From Rikenellaceae bacterium (GTDB lineage: Bacteria; Bacteroidota; Bacteroidia; Bacteroidales; Rikenellaceae), in NCBI GenBank assembly GCA_017463585.1, contig JAFTOX010000007.1, positions 35,533-99,532 on the forward strand: a stretch of DNA of 64,000 nucleotides. The letters run 5' to 3'. The translations under genes and the position numbers were made by a program. The notes below the pieces were generated by a model. It made no database searches, was not told where the DNA came from, and saw only the letters and a list, made by a program, of their open reading frames with translations. Each line of letters begins with the position of its first letter. Positions within the stretch are counted from its first letter, which is position 1. Below, one piece after another: positions 25,670 to 36,093 of this stretch.

Positions 25670-27073
25670 TCAAGATTTCCAAAAGTAGTTTTTGCGTGTG
25701 AAGGGGTAGGTCACCGCGATGACCAGCAGCGCAAAGAGCACTCCGCGACCAAACGACCACCACGGACCCATATTGGCTACCCTATCAATCACAACCGACA
25801 ACGACGTGAGTGTCAGAATCGGCGTGAGCAGATAGCCCGAAGCGGTATAGGCGAACATCGGGTTTGCTCCGCACGCCTCCAAAGCACGCAAGCGAACACC
25901 GAAACGGATCTCCAACGCCAGCGCTGCCGTCAGCACGAACGAGGCCAATCCGCCCGTCACAAAGAAGTAGCTCACCGTTGCGTGGTCCTTCTTGATACCG
26001 CCCTCCATCGGCTCGGCCACAAGACCAATGATGAACAGCACCACACCCAACGCAAAGAGCGCTTTCAGTAGCGGTTGTTCCGTCGTGCGGAGATTCGCAA
26101 GCACCACGCCCACAACGGCGCAGAGTGCCAACGTAACGGCCACCGTCGTTGCCACCTCACGCACAAACAGACCCCACATCGTCACCACAATGATAGCCAC
26201 GAGCAACACCACCAGCGTTGCCGTCAGCCACCCCGAACGACGATCCGAGGCACGTTCGCTCGTCACGCCCGTTTTGAGCGCACGATAGATCACATCGCCC
26301 GCCATTGTACCCGAAAGCACAAGGCAAAGATACTTCAAAAATTCGAAACGGAACAACCATACGGCAGGAGTTTGTTGCCACAACCATTGGCACCACGATC
26401 CATCGACCGACGAAGCCATTTTAAGCAGCGCCACACCACCGATAATCGCCACACGCACCAGAGTCGAGTTGCGCGTCGCCCACCACAGCAACGTTCCGAA
26501 CAGCGCCATCGACGCCAAGATCAGAATGATCACATCGCTCCGATACAACGACACCTCGACCCCGAACAGTGGTTTGTAGAGCATTGTCACGCCGACGAGC
26601 AGAGCAAATCCGCACCAATTAAGGATCGCATTTTTACGTCGGTCGAGATTCGGCACACGAACAAACATCGCAAAGAACAACGCCCAAACGCCCAGCGTCA
26701 CCAGCGAGGCCACCCACGGCTGGGTCGCCGAGAGCACTCCCATTCGGGTGTTACCCAGCACGATAGCGAACGACGCCAGCCACACAAAACGGTGCAGAGC
26801 GCTCACCGTAACCTCACGCACACCCTCGCCCTTCTGCTCGCGGCGGCGCAGAGCCAGCGGCATCGACGCACCCATCGAGAACAAGAAGAACGGGAAGACC
26901 AAATCGACCCACGTGATTCCCGCCACATCGGGATTGAAAACAAATGTCGGAGGCGGCACCTGCGCGTGGAACATAAAGGCAGGCAGCTCCGTATTCCAAA
27001 ACATCTGCCCCGAGGCGACCATTCCGATAATCGCCAGCGCACGCAGAAGATCAATTGCCGCTACACGTTTCAT
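25670..27073 (-). CDS. DUF5009 / heparan-alpha-glucosaminide N-acetyltransferase-like membrane protein
   Basis: RVAAIDLLRALAI, HAQVPPP...GITWVDLVFPFFLF, IKKDHATVSYFF. Confidence 0.82.
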   Translation of the reverse strand: MKRVAAIDLLRALAIIGMVASGQMFWNTELPAFMFHAQVPPPTFVFNPDVAGITWVDLVFPFFLFSMGASMPLALRRREQKGEGVREVTVSALHRFVWLASFAIVLGNTRMGVLSATQPWVASLVTLGVWALFFAMFVRVPNLDRRKNAILNWCGFALLVGVTMLYKPLFGVEVSLYRSDVIILILASMALFGTLLWWATRNSTLVRVAIIGGVALLKMASSVDGSWCQWLWQQTPAVWLFRFEFLKYLCLVLSGTMAGDVIYRALKTGVTSERASDRRSGWLTATLVVLLVAIIVVTMWGLFVREVATTVAVTLALCAVVGVVLANLRTTEQPLLKALFALGVVLFIIGLVAEPMEGGIKKDHATVSYFFVTGGLASFVLTAALALEIRFGVRLRALEACGANPMFAYTASGYLLTPILTLTSLSVVIDRVANMGPWWSFGRGVLFALLVIAVTYPFTRKNYFWKS

Positions 27074-27084
27074 CTGTTACTCGG

Positions 27085-27747
27085 TTATTTACGCAAATAT
27101 TTCATCTTTTTGAGGTGATCGACCCAAATCACATAGGCCTCGGCGTGGAGATGGATTCCATCTTTGGTCAGTTCCTCACGCAGTTCGCCCTTCTCGTTGT
27201 GAAGCAACGACGCCAGATCGACCCACGTTGCCAACCCCTCGTCGCACATCGCTTTCAGTCGTTCATTGAGGGCGTGCGTCTGTGCCTGCTTGCCCTTTGC
27301 ATAGGGATATGCCAGCACATCATTGTTGGGCGTGATGACACTTTGCAGATAGACCTCGCACGTGGGCACCGCCTCACGCACCATCTCCAACATCTTGCGG
27401 ATATTGGCTGCAACCTCCTCGACGGGGCGGTTGCCCGAAAGGTCATTGACACCCGCCATCAAGAATATCTTGCGGGGCGCACTCTCCAAAATCTCGGGCA
27501 GACGAGCCAGCATTCCGCGAGTATTGTCACCACCGATACCGCGATTGACGATCCCCTTCTCTTTCGAGAGGAAGCTCCACCAACCCTGCTCGGTGATACT
27601 ATCACCTAACCACACGATTGCGCCCGTCGGCATACCCGCCTTGCGGTGGGCAGCCAGACGGCAATCGTAGTAGTCGCCAAAACCCGATTGTGCCATCGTC
27701 GGGCACACGGCAACGAGCGCGAAGAGCGCAATGAGCCATCTTCTCAT
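27085..27747 (-). CDS. GDSL/SGNH acylhydrolase (probable O-acetylesterase)
   Basis: LGDSITE, NRGIGGD, AGVND, DGIH; signal peptide. Confidence 0.9.
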   Translation of the reverse strand: MRRWLIALFALVAVCPTMAQSGFGDYYDCRLAAHRKAGMPTGAIVWLGDSITEQGWWSFLSKEKGIVNRGIGGDNTRGMLARLPEILESAPRKIFLMAGVNDLSGNRPVEEVAANIRKMLEMVREAVPTCEVYLQSVITPNNDVLAYPYAKGKQAQTHALNERLKAMCDEGLATWVDLASLLHNEKGELREELTKDGIHLHAEAYVIWVDHLKKMKYLRK

Positions 27748-27767
27748 CGGATCTCGAACATTAGAAA

Positions 27768-29438
27768 TTACAAGCTCTCCTTCACCTGATCGATACCAGC
27801 CTTAGCGTACTGCCAAGTGCCGGCCTTCTTCAAGTGGATCATATCGAAGAGGAAGTAACCGTTGCAAGCGTCGTAGCAAGCCTTCACCGAGTTGGTGATT
27901 GCCTCATACTCCTGTGCGTCGGTGTACTTATCATCGTAGTCCCAGTTACCAACGTCGGGACCACCGCAAACCAGCGGACACGCACCTGCGGTGTACTGCA
28001 TAGCCAGCTGGCAGAAGCCCTGCATCGTCCACTCCGACGAGCCATAGACGTTGCCCGGCGATGCGTACGCACCGATCAACATATGATCCATCACATCGGC
28101 ATAACCGAAGTTCTTATACTCCTTGGTTGCCCAGCGCGGGAACGATGCCGAGGTATCGTAGTTGGGGCTTGCCCAATTGACACCTACATCGTAGTAAGTG
28201 CTGTACCAACCACCTACATAGACACCAAACTTAACTGCGCCATTCACACCGTGAACAGCCTCCTCGGCCTTGGTCATAAAGTCGTGGATAGCCTTTGCAC
28301 GGAACTCCAACCACTTCTTCAAGTGCTTGTGCTGGTAGGGCATATCGGCGTTGATCGTACCCGTGAAACCTGCGGGCAGAACGTCCTTATTGAAATCGAC
28401 CTCCTCGCCAACATACTCCTCGAAGGCGTCCAACGTCGACTCCGAGCAGTCGCTCAACATCGAGTCAAAACGACCACGGTCCAAGATGATACCGTCCAGA
28501 TCCTTGTATGCAGCCAAATCCTTCAACAGCGAGATGATATATGCCTGAACATCAGCGTTATGAGGATTGAAGAAGAATGTTGTCTCGTCCGAATCGAGCG
28601 TATTTACAAAACCAGCCTTGGTATTGAGAACGGTTGCCCACTCCTTCTTCGAAGCGTCGCGCAGCAGCACGCCCTGCTCACCCAGATTCGACTTGTTACC
28701 GCCAACCATCGTGTTGAAACCTGCGTGGATACGCAGACCCAACTCGTGACCAATCTCGATGAATGCACCGAGGTAGTCCCAATCGGCCGTGCGCTCATAC
28801 TTTGCATAACCGTTCGAGCCCCAAGCACCGAGCCAAGCTACCTGCTGGCACTTGTCGGTCAAGAACAGAACGTCGCCATTGGTCGGACGAACATCGACAA
28901 CAACGTCCGTGAAGCCCGTCTCCTTAGCCAGCGTCAGATCGCGGCGAATGTTCTCCTTGCTATTGGCGAAATCGGGGAAGTTCGCTGCTGCATCAACCCA
29001 AATGTACATCGGGTTGGTCTCGGGATCGCTGGGAGCTACGGGAGCTGCCGTTGTCACCATCTTGATAGCGCTCACAGCCACGCGGTCGCCCTTGCGAACA
29101 GCCGCATAGACATTGTACGAGGTCTCATCGAACAGACCCTCAGCGCGATACTTCTCGCTCTTTGCAGCGTCAACTGCCGTACCGCGAGCGATTACCTCAC
29201 CTGCGGTGAGCTGCTTATCGTCCTCGTCGGTCTCGATGCAGTAGAACGAGCACACCTCAGCATTCGTAGGAGTGATCGTGAACTCCAAAGCGTTGTGTTC
29301 AGCTGCTACGGGTTCGATCTTCACCGCAGGCATTGGCTCAACGTCGGGGCGTGCGGGATAATCGTACACCAAATCCTTATCTTCGGTACAAGCAGCCAGT
29401 GCGGCTACCAGACCAATACATAACAGAAATTTTTTCAT
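27768..29438 (-). CDS. Lipoprotein with an FN3-like domain and a GHL10 (glycosyl hydrolase-like 10) domain
   Basis: Lipobox LAAC; MYIWVDAAANF, VVVDVRP, LDGIILDRGRFD, YYDVGVNWAS, LFDMIHL; paralogous to 36094-37440. Confidence 0.78.
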   Translation of the reverse strand: MKKFLLCIGLVAALAACTEDKDLVYDYPARPDVEPMPAVKIEPVAAEHNALEFTITPTNAEVCSFYCIETDEDDKQLTAGEVIARGTAVDAAKSEKYRAEGLFDETSYNVYAAVRKGDRVAVSAIKMVTTAAPVAPSDPETNPMYIWVDAAANFPDFANSKENIRRDLTLAKETGFTDVVVDVRPTNGDVLFLTDKCQQVAWLGAWGSNGYAKYERTADWDYLGAFIEIGHELGLRIHAGFNTMVGGNKSNLGEQGVLLRDASKKEWATVLNTKAGFVNTLDSDETTFFFNPHNADVQAYIISLLKDLAAYKDLDGIILDRGRFDSMLSDCSESTLDAFEEYVGEEVDFNKDVLPAGFTGTINADMPYQHKHLKKWLEFRAKAIHDFMTKAEEAVHGVNGAVKFGVYVGGWYSTYYDVGVNWASPNYDTSASFPRWATKEYKNFGYADVMDHMLIGAYASPGNVYGSSEWTMQGFCQLAMQYTAGACPLVCGGPDVGNWDYDDKYTDAQEYEAITNSVKACYDACNGYFLFDMIHLKKAGTWQYAKAGIDQVKESL

Positions 29439-29468
29439 TGTTTCTCTACATTTTGCGTTTAATTTGCA

Positions 29469-29496
29469 CCCATAGCCCCGATCAAAGGGCTATGGG
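29469..29496. other. Intra-operon stem-loop after the susC-susD-SGBP block
   Basis: CCCATAGCCC-8nt-GGGCTATGGG; no U-tract on the coding (minus) strand. Confidence 0.6.
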
Positions 29497-29507
29497 TTTT
29501 GGCTGGT

Positions 29508-31229
29508 TTACTGGGCGATACAGTCGAACTGTACACAACCCACATAACCGTTGCAGAACATAAAGTATGCATACATAAAGTAACCGTCCTTAGTTACGTG
29601 CAGCTTCACGTCCTGAATAGCATTGCCATTCGTGCCGTCGTTAGCGCGACCACCGTAGATACCGTAGCCACCCTCACCACGATCCAAATCGTAAACTACG
29701 CAGTCGGGATCGAGCGAAGCGTCCAACTCCAACGAGCCTGAGAAGGTCTGAGGATACTTAGCCTCCATAACCCACATACCGCCGGCTACACCCCACGTGA
29801 AGAAGGTCTCCATCGTAGCAGCAACGTAATTCAGACCGTTGAACGAAACAGCGTCAATAGCCTTCATACCCTCGTTACCGGTCAGCGTACCCTGAACATA
29901 GTTCAATGCGGTGTTGGTTGCGCCATCGACCCAAGTCAGCTTGTTCATCGAGTAACCCACTGCCAGGAAGTCCGAATTAGCCTCGGTACCCATACGGATT
30001 GCGTCACCGTTGGTCCAACCGCCTACGCCCGAGATCTGGCACCAGTAAGGCTGCATCGAAACCGTCTGACCACCCTTAACGGTCCAAGTCAGCGTCGAGG
30101 TCGAGCCTGTCGAGGTCCAACCGCAGTATGCAGCCTGTACCGTTGCGTCGCCATAGACGTCACCCCATACCGAGATGTGGTCGCCATAGACGTCGGTGGT
30201 TGCGTACTCGATAAACAGCTCGGGAGTCGAGTTGATATCGCGCATACGCCATACGCGGAATACACCACCATCATCGGGAACGCGGTTATTGATTACGATA
30301 TGACCCTTGTGGTCCGAAGTCATATAGTAGCTCGACGTTGCACCCTTGATCGAGCCAAGATCCATAGTACCAATGGTGGTACCCTTCTTGGCATCGAGCA
30401 CGATAGGATCCTCGCCACGAGTATTCAGAACAACGTAATCGTCCGTAACGGCGATACCCGTCGTCATATCGAGTTTAGCTACGCCCGCAGCCGACAGCTT
30501 GGTCGTCCAGAGCAACTTGCCGCTCTCGGGACGGATACCCTCCTCGACACGTGCAGGCTCGGTCTGCTGCAAGGTCCACTCACGATGCGTTACACCGTCC
30601 TGAGCGATCACCGTAAACTTCTTAGGCTCATCGGGCGAGCACCAGAACGCCGTAGTAGCGGGATCGGGAACGATCTTTGCGTGGGGCGAAACCACAACCT
30701 CAGCAAAGACATTCTTCAACTGCTCGAAGTAGATGAGCGAAGCGGTTGCGCTCGACTTGTCGATCACAGCCGTCAGACCCAGCGACGGAATTGCGAAGCT
30801 CTCGATATCGCACGCCGAGCTCTTAGCCAGCGCAGCCTTGATCGTCCACTCGCTCTGCTCCTTCTTCTGGTCGGTCAGCGTTACCTTATAGGTCTGCGTG
30901 AGGTCGATAGTTGTGAGTTTAGGCTCCAACGTCGCATTGTCGTCGAGGTTGAACTGCACCCAAACCTTCTTATAATCTTCCAACTTCTGAACGTTGTCCG
31001 ACTCAACGGGCAGCGTATAGGGAACTTGGATAGTAATCACTCGCTTCTCGTAATCGATCTTACTCGTGAAGCCCGTAGCATCAGCCGTATGATAGCCGTC
31101 CCAAGTGGGATAGACCGTCAGATTGTTGATACCCTTGTTGGCCTCAGCCGGCACGAGAACTTCCGGCTCTTGACACGCCGCGAACGAAAGCACGACGGCC
31201 AATAATGTCCAAAATATACTCTTTTTCAT
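29508..31229 (-). CDS. DUF5018-like surface lipoprotein (putative surface glycan-binding protein: Ig-like domains + beta-propeller)
   Basis: Lipobox FAAC; immediately downstream of susD; C-terminal YMYAYFMFCNGYVGCVQFDC. Confidence 0.75.
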   Translation of the reverse strand: MKKSIFWTLLAVVLSFAACQEPEVLVPAEANKGINNLTVYPTWDGYHTADATGFTSKIDYEKRVITIQVPYTLPVESDNVQKLEDYKKVWVQFNLDDNATLEPKLTTIDLTQTYKVTLTDQKKEQSEWTIKAALAKSSACDIESFAIPSLGLTAVIDKSSATASLIYFEQLKNVFAEVVVSPHAKIVPDPATTAFWCSPDEPKKFTVIAQDGVTHREWTLQQTEPARVEEGIRPESGKLLWTTKLSAAGVAKLDMTTGIAVTDDYVVLNTRGEDPIVLDAKKGTTIGTMDLGSIKGATSSYYMTSDHKGHIVINNRVPDDGGVFRVWRMRDINSTPELFIEYATTDVYGDHISVWGDVYGDATVQAAYCGWTSTGSTSTLTWTVKGGQTVSMQPYWCQISGVGGWTNGDAIRMGTEANSDFLAVGYSMNKLTWVDGATNTALNYVQGTLTGNEGMKAIDAVSFNGLNYVAATMETFFTWGVAGGMWVMEAKYPQTFSGSLELDASLDPDCVVYDLDRGEGGYGIYGGRANDGTNGNAIQDVKLHVTKDGYFMYAYFMFCNGYVGCVQFDCIAQ

Positions 31230-31241
31230 AGTCGTCGCTTA

Positions 31242-32885
31242 TTAGAAATTCCACTCGGGGAACTGTTGAATTGCCTTGTTGTTACGCAGCTCAGCATCGG
31301 GAATCGGCAGACGATACATACGATTGAGGAACTTACGATCCTGACCGTCGGCATCGACATACTGATAACGGTAGCCCGAACCCTCCTTGGTGATCTTCAT
31401 ACCGTGTACGCGGTAGCCCGTGTAAGCCTTCTCCGAGAGCTTCCAGCGGCGCATATCCCACCACAGATGACCCTCGTAAGCCAACTCGATCTTACGCTCG
31501 TGAACGAGTGCCTCGAAAACGGCATCACCCGTCAGCGACAGATCGGTAGGCAGACCAACGCGATCACGTACCTGAGCAATGTAGCCCATTGCAGCAGCGT
31601 CGTTACCCAACTTATACTCAGCCTCGGCCAAGTTCAGCAGCACCTCAGCCAGACGGATCTCAACCCAAGTCGAGGTCGAAGCCACGTTGGTCAGGTCGTT
31701 GTTTGCCTCCTGACGGAACTTACGCATATAGTAACCCGTTACGGTCTTGCCGTAGGGATAAGGCTCAACGCCATAATCAACGTAGGTACCGTACTGACCA
31801 TCAACGCAGCACTCCAACTCAATGCCCTTCCACATTGCGCCGTTGTAGAGAATCGTAGCGGCGAAACGGGGTTCGAGCTGCTCGTAGGGAGGATATTCGT
31901 TCGTACCCTCAACCGAGTGCCACTTGGTCCAATCGACCTTCGAGCCGTCCTTAGCCTCGTAGCTCTCGACCATCTCCTGAGTAGGACCAGCACCGCCGGC
32001 GGTGGTGTACTCGTGATACATACACATATAGCGATCCCAATAGTGGTTAGGACCTGTTACGAGGTAGTTGAACTCCAAGATCGACTCCTTGTTGCCACCA
32101 GCAGTTGCAGCCTCGTAGGTGGGAGCAAGCTGATAACCCAACTCCAAAACCTTCTCACCTGCTGCCTTAGCGTCGTCCCAACGCTCAGCGTAGAGCATTG
32201 CACGCGACAGAAGTGCGTATGCTGCACCCTTCGTTACGCGACCCGTGTTCTGAGCATTCCACTCTTCGGGCAGATTCTCGGCTGCATACATCAACTCGTC
32301 GTAGATAAACTGCCAAGTATCTTTTGCAGGGGTCAGCGGAGTATCCTTAACGGTCTCGGCCAAAGTCTTGAAGATGATGACCTCGCCACCGTGGCGCTTA
32401 GCCAGCTGGAAGTAGAGGAATGCGCGGAAGAAACGTGCCTGAGCCTCATAGAGGGTATTGACCTCGTCCGAGTAGGTCGAGTAGTTCTCCATTGCTGCCA
32501 AGAACTCATTGACGCGACGAATGCGGGTATAGGTGTTGGTCCAGCAATCGAGCATACTACCGTTGCTCGACATCGTTTCGGGAGTAAATACATAGTGGTT
32601 CGAATCACCTGCGCGGTTACCCAGAATCGGGCTACCATACTTGAACGTTTCGGTCAGACCCTCGGTCAGGTTGCCCTGGAACTGCTGATCACCAAACTGT
32701 CCATAGATTGCGATATATTCGTAGAAATTATTGACATACAAATCGGTTGCTGCCTGCGACTCCCACGCTGCCTTATCCGACACACGATCGGGAGGGGTGA
32801 GCTCCAACCAGTCGTTACAACTCATCAATCCGAGAGCTGCGAACGATACGAGCAGACTAAAAATTCTCTTTTTCATAGTTTTCAT
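31242..32885 (-). CDS. susD: SusD/RagB lipoprotein
   Basis: Lipobox LMSC; EAQARFFRAFLYFQL; GRVTKGAAYALLSRAMLY; RLAEVLLNLAEA; ERKIELAYEGHLWWDMRRW. Confidence 0.96.
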   Translation of the reverse strand: MKTMKKRIFSLLVSFAALGLMSCNDWLELTPPDRVSDKAAWESQAATDLYVNNFYEYIAIYGQFGDQQFQGNLTEGLTETFKYGSPILGNRAGDSNHYVFTPETMSSNGSMLDCWTNTYTRIRRVNEFLAAMENYSTYSDEVNTLYEAQARFFRAFLYFQLAKRHGGEVIIFKTLAETVKDTPLTPAKDTWQFIYDELMYAAENLPEEWNAQNTGRVTKGAAYALLSRAMLYAERWDDAKAAGEKVLELGYQLAPTYEAATAGGNKESILEFNYLVTGPNHYWDRYMCMYHEYTTAGGAGPTQEMVESYEAKDGSKVDWTKWHSVEGTNEYPPYEQLEPRFAATILYNGAMWKGIELECCVDGQYGTYVDYGVEPYPYGKTVTGYYMRKFRQEANNDLTNVASTSTWVEIRLAEVLLNLAEAEYKLGNDAAAMGYIAQVRDRVGLPTDLSLTGDAVFEALVHERKIELAYEGHLWWDMRRWKLSEKAYTGYRVHGMKITKEGSGYRYQYVDADGQDRKFLNRMYRLPIPDAELRNNKAIQQFPEWNF

Positions 32886-32895
32886 AGTTTTCGGA

Positions 32896-35800
32896 TTAGA
32901 GTGTAATGTTCAAACCAACCGACATCACGCGCTGCTGCGGGTAGTAACCGTTGTTAACACTCGGCAGCTCGGGGTCGATGTTATACTTAGTCAAGTGGCT
33001 CAGAGTAAGGAGGTTCGAACCCTCAACATAGATACGCAAGTTCTTGATACCGATCTTGTTCATCCACTTCGAGGGGAACGTGTAACCCAACTGAGCGGTC
33101 TTCAAGCGCAGGTAGTCACCCGGACGATACCAATGGGTCGACGAGTGAGCATTGTGCGAACTCGAAGCCAACGACAGACGCGGGAAGTATGCGTCGGGGT
33201 TCTCGGGAGTCCACGAGTTGAGTACCAAGTAGAGAGGCGTATTACCATCGTGGTAGAAGGGCTTGGTCATCGACGTATTGTCCATAATACCACCATCATA
33301 AACACCCGTCAGTGCGATGGTCGAACCGATTGCGCCCTGTAACAAGAAGTTCAGATCAAGACCCTTCCAAGCCAAGTTGAACGCCAAACCTCCCGTAAAT
33401 TTGGGATAGACACTCGTACCTACATAACCACGGTCCTGCTCATACGAGATCTTACCATCACCATTGCGGTCAATGTACTTGATATCACCCACGCGAACGG
33501 GCTTACCAACCATCGTAGGCGAGTTCTCAACATCTGCCTGATCCTTATACAGACCGTCAGCAATGAAACCGATCACCGAACCAACCTCCTTACCGGTCAG
33601 CTTCTGGTAGTCGGGAGCGTTAGCTGCATCGCCTGCATAGAGCAACCAACGACGCTTAGCGTACGAACCCATCAACTTGATACCGTACGAGAAGTCGCCA
33701 CTGCGGCTGCGATAGTTGTGCGACAAGGTCAGATCGAAACCGCGAACGTCCTGCTTGTTCTTGTTCTCCCAAGCGGGGAAGTAATCACCAACCGAGGGAG
33801 GATACGAACCCGATGCGCTCGACAACATATCATATTTATAGGTGTAGAATACGTCAGCCTCAACACCGAGCAGACCACCCCAGAACGTTGCATCGACACC
33901 GATGTTGTAGTTCAAGTTCTTCTCCCACGAGATGTTGGGGTTAGCCACCGACGAGGTGTAGATGCTCTGCTGACCCTGACCGCCGATTACCACCGAGTTA
34001 CCGTCCGAAATATCCATCGAGCTCAGATACTGGAATGCGCTGACTGCCGAAGTACCGGTCAGACCGACACCGGCACGCAATTTCAGGTTATCAACCCAAT
34101 CAGCACCAAACCAACGCTCCTCCGAGATACGCCAACCTGCCGACGCTGCGGGGAAGAAGCCCCAGCGCGAGCCGTTCATACCCGAGAACAGATAGGTACC
34201 GTCGTAACGACCCGAAAGCTCCAAGTAGAAACGATCGGCGTAGTCGTAGTTGATACGAGCCACGAAACCAACCTGACGCGAGTGCGAGCTCATACCACCA
34301 ACGGCGCGCTTGTCGCTCGACTGGTCACCGAAGTTCAACTCAGGCAGATTCTCGAACAACAGATCGTAGGTACGACCGTAGTGGTTGTTGCTGCGGTGGT
34401 CGCGGGTCTCCATCAGCACCAGAGCTGCGATACGGTGATCCTGGCAGAAGGTCTTGTCGTACGACAACGAGCTCTGAGTGATACCGTAGTAGGTGTAGTA
34501 CGAAGCCTCCTGCAACGAGTTCTCCGAGCCCAGACCCGAATAGGTTTGGCTCACCGAGTAGTTGATCTTGTTGATGTAGCCATTCTCATCATACGAGAAG
34601 CTACCCAACGCCATCTCGTACGGAGTCGAGAACGACTTGGTGTGCTGGAAGGTCATATCGTACGAAGCGAAGAACTTAGCCGACAGGCCCTTAACCCAAG
34701 GCACGTCCCAACGCAACGAGATATTGGGCTGAATGAATGTAGCGCGGCTCTTATACTTACCCGACTCCAAATATGCAGCTACGGGGTTAACCGTTGCCGA
34801 AGCGGTTGCGGTTGCGGTGTGATACTCAACGCCGTCGATCATAACCTTCTCGGGCACGTAGGGGTGAACACGCATAGCCTGCTGCGCTACGTTGTTCCAA
34901 GCCGAAGGATCAGCCGAGTAGGTCGGCTGGTCGTGATCCTGAATACGACCTGCAACACCCACGTCGAGGGTCAAGCTCTTGGCGATCTTAGCCGAGAGGT
35001 TCACACGTGCGTTATAGCGACGGAAGTTGAAGTTCTCAACGTTACCCTTCTGGTCGAACAGACCCACCGAAGTAAAGTAGTTGATACGGTCGTTACCACC
35101 ATTAGCCGATACCGTGTGCGACATATTCGAACCTACGCCGAACACCTTGTCGTACCAATTGGTGTTGCCCCAACCGTCCTCGCCTGCCAACATCTTCTGC
35201 ACGATATCGGCGGTGAAGATAGGCTGCTGACCGTCGAGCTCCAACGCCTTGTTGTACCAATAGGCGTAAGCGGGACCGTCCAACAGCTCCAACGGGTTGG
35301 CATTCGAGCTGATACCATACGAGCCCTTGTACGAGATGGTCGACTCGCCATTCTTACCACGCTTGGTGGTTACGATGATGACCGTATTACCGTCCAGACC
35401 ATAAACCGCAGCTGCCGAAGCATCTTTCAGAATCGAGATCGACTCGATATCCTCGGGGTTGATCTGGTTGATGTCACGGGGCACACCGTCGACGATGTAG
35501 AGCGCCGACTGACCACGCACCATAATCGACGAAGCGTCAGCACCGGGCTGACCCGACGACTGCACTGCGGTTACACCCGACACACGACCTGCCAACATAT
35601 TGGTTACGTCGCCCATAGGTGCTTTTTCGAGCTCTTTACCCGAGATCTGCGAGATTGAGGCAGTTACCGATGCCTTCTTCTGCACGCCGTAGCCGACAAC
35701 CACAACGTCTTCGATCATCTCAGCGTCATTTTTGAGCTCCACCACCAAATTCGACACGCCCGTTACGGGAACATTAACAGTCTGCATTCCGATATACGAA

Positions 35801-36057
35801 ATCTGCAATACCGCTCCCTTTTTGACGTTTTGAAGTGTAAACAGACCGTTGATGTCGGTTGAGGTAGCGTTCTGCGTACCTGCCTCAACAACCGTAGCGC
35901 CGGCAAGAGGGGCGCCCTTTTCATCAACGACAGTTCCCTTGATAGCGTTTTGCGCCCAAGCCATACTCGGACACAAAACAACGAAGAGCAGACAGAGGAC
36001 CGACAGCACGTGGCTCATCAGACCCCCACCCCTTCTTGTTTGGGATAAATGTTTCAT
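32896..36057 (-). CDS. susC: SusC/RagA TonB-dependent transporter
   Basis: VVVGYGVQKK, INPEDIESISILKDASAAAVYG, IIVTTKRG, YLRLKTAQLGY, YPQQRVMSVGLNITL; start could be the second Met at 36018. Confidence 0.96.
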   Translation of the reverse strand: MKHLSQTRRGGGLMSHVLSVLCLLFVVLCPSMAWAQNAIKGTVVDEKGAPLAGATVVEAGTQNATSTDINGLFTLQNVKKGAVLQISYIGMQTVNVPVTGVSNLVVELKNDAEMIEDVVVVGYGVQKKASVTASISQISGKELEKAPMGDVTNMLAGRVSGVTAVQSSGQPGADASSIMVRGQSALYIVDGVPRDINQINPEDIESISILKDASAAAVYGLDGNTVIIVTTKRGKNGESTISYKGSYGISSNANPLELLDGPAYAYWYNKALELDGQQPIFTADIVQKMLAGEDGWGNTNWYDKVFGVGSNMSHTVSANGGNDRINYFTSVGLFDQKGNVENFNFRRYNARVNLSAKIAKSLTLDVGVAGRIQDHDQPTYSADPSAWNNVAQQAMRVHPYVPEKVMIDGVEYHTATATASATVNPVAAYLESGKYKSRATFIQPNISLRWDVPWVKGLSAKFFASYDMTFQHTKSFSTPYEMALGSFSYDENGYINKINYSVSQTYSGLGSENSLQEASYYTYYGITQSSLSYDKTFCQDHRIAALVLMETRDHRSNNHYGRTYDLLFENLPELNFGDQSSDKRAVGGMSSHSRQVGFVARINYDYADRFYLELSGRYDGTYLFSGMNGSRWGFFPAASAGWRISEERWFGADWVDNLKLRAGVGLTGTSAVSAFQYLSSMDISDGNSVVIGGQGQQSIYTSSVANPNISWEKNLNYNIGVDATFWGGLLGVEADVFYTYKYDMLSSASGSYPPSVGDYFPAWENKNKQDVRGFDLTLSHNYRSRSGDFSYGIKLMGSYAKRRWLLYAGDAANAPDYQKLTGKEVGSVIGFIADGLYKDQADVENSPTMVGKPVRVGDIKYIDRNGDGKISYEQDRGYVGTSVYPKFTGGLAFNLAWKGLDLNFLLQGAIGSTIALTGVYDGGIMDNTSMTKPFYHDGNTPLYLVLNSWTPENPDAYFPRLSLASSSHNAHSSTHWYRPGDYLRLKTAQLGYTFPSKWMNKIGIKNLRIYVEGSNLLTLSHLTKYNIDPELPSVNNGYYPQQRVMSVGLNITL

Positions 36058-36093
36058 AAATTATTGATTTTTAAGTTTGTAATTTCCTCTTCG

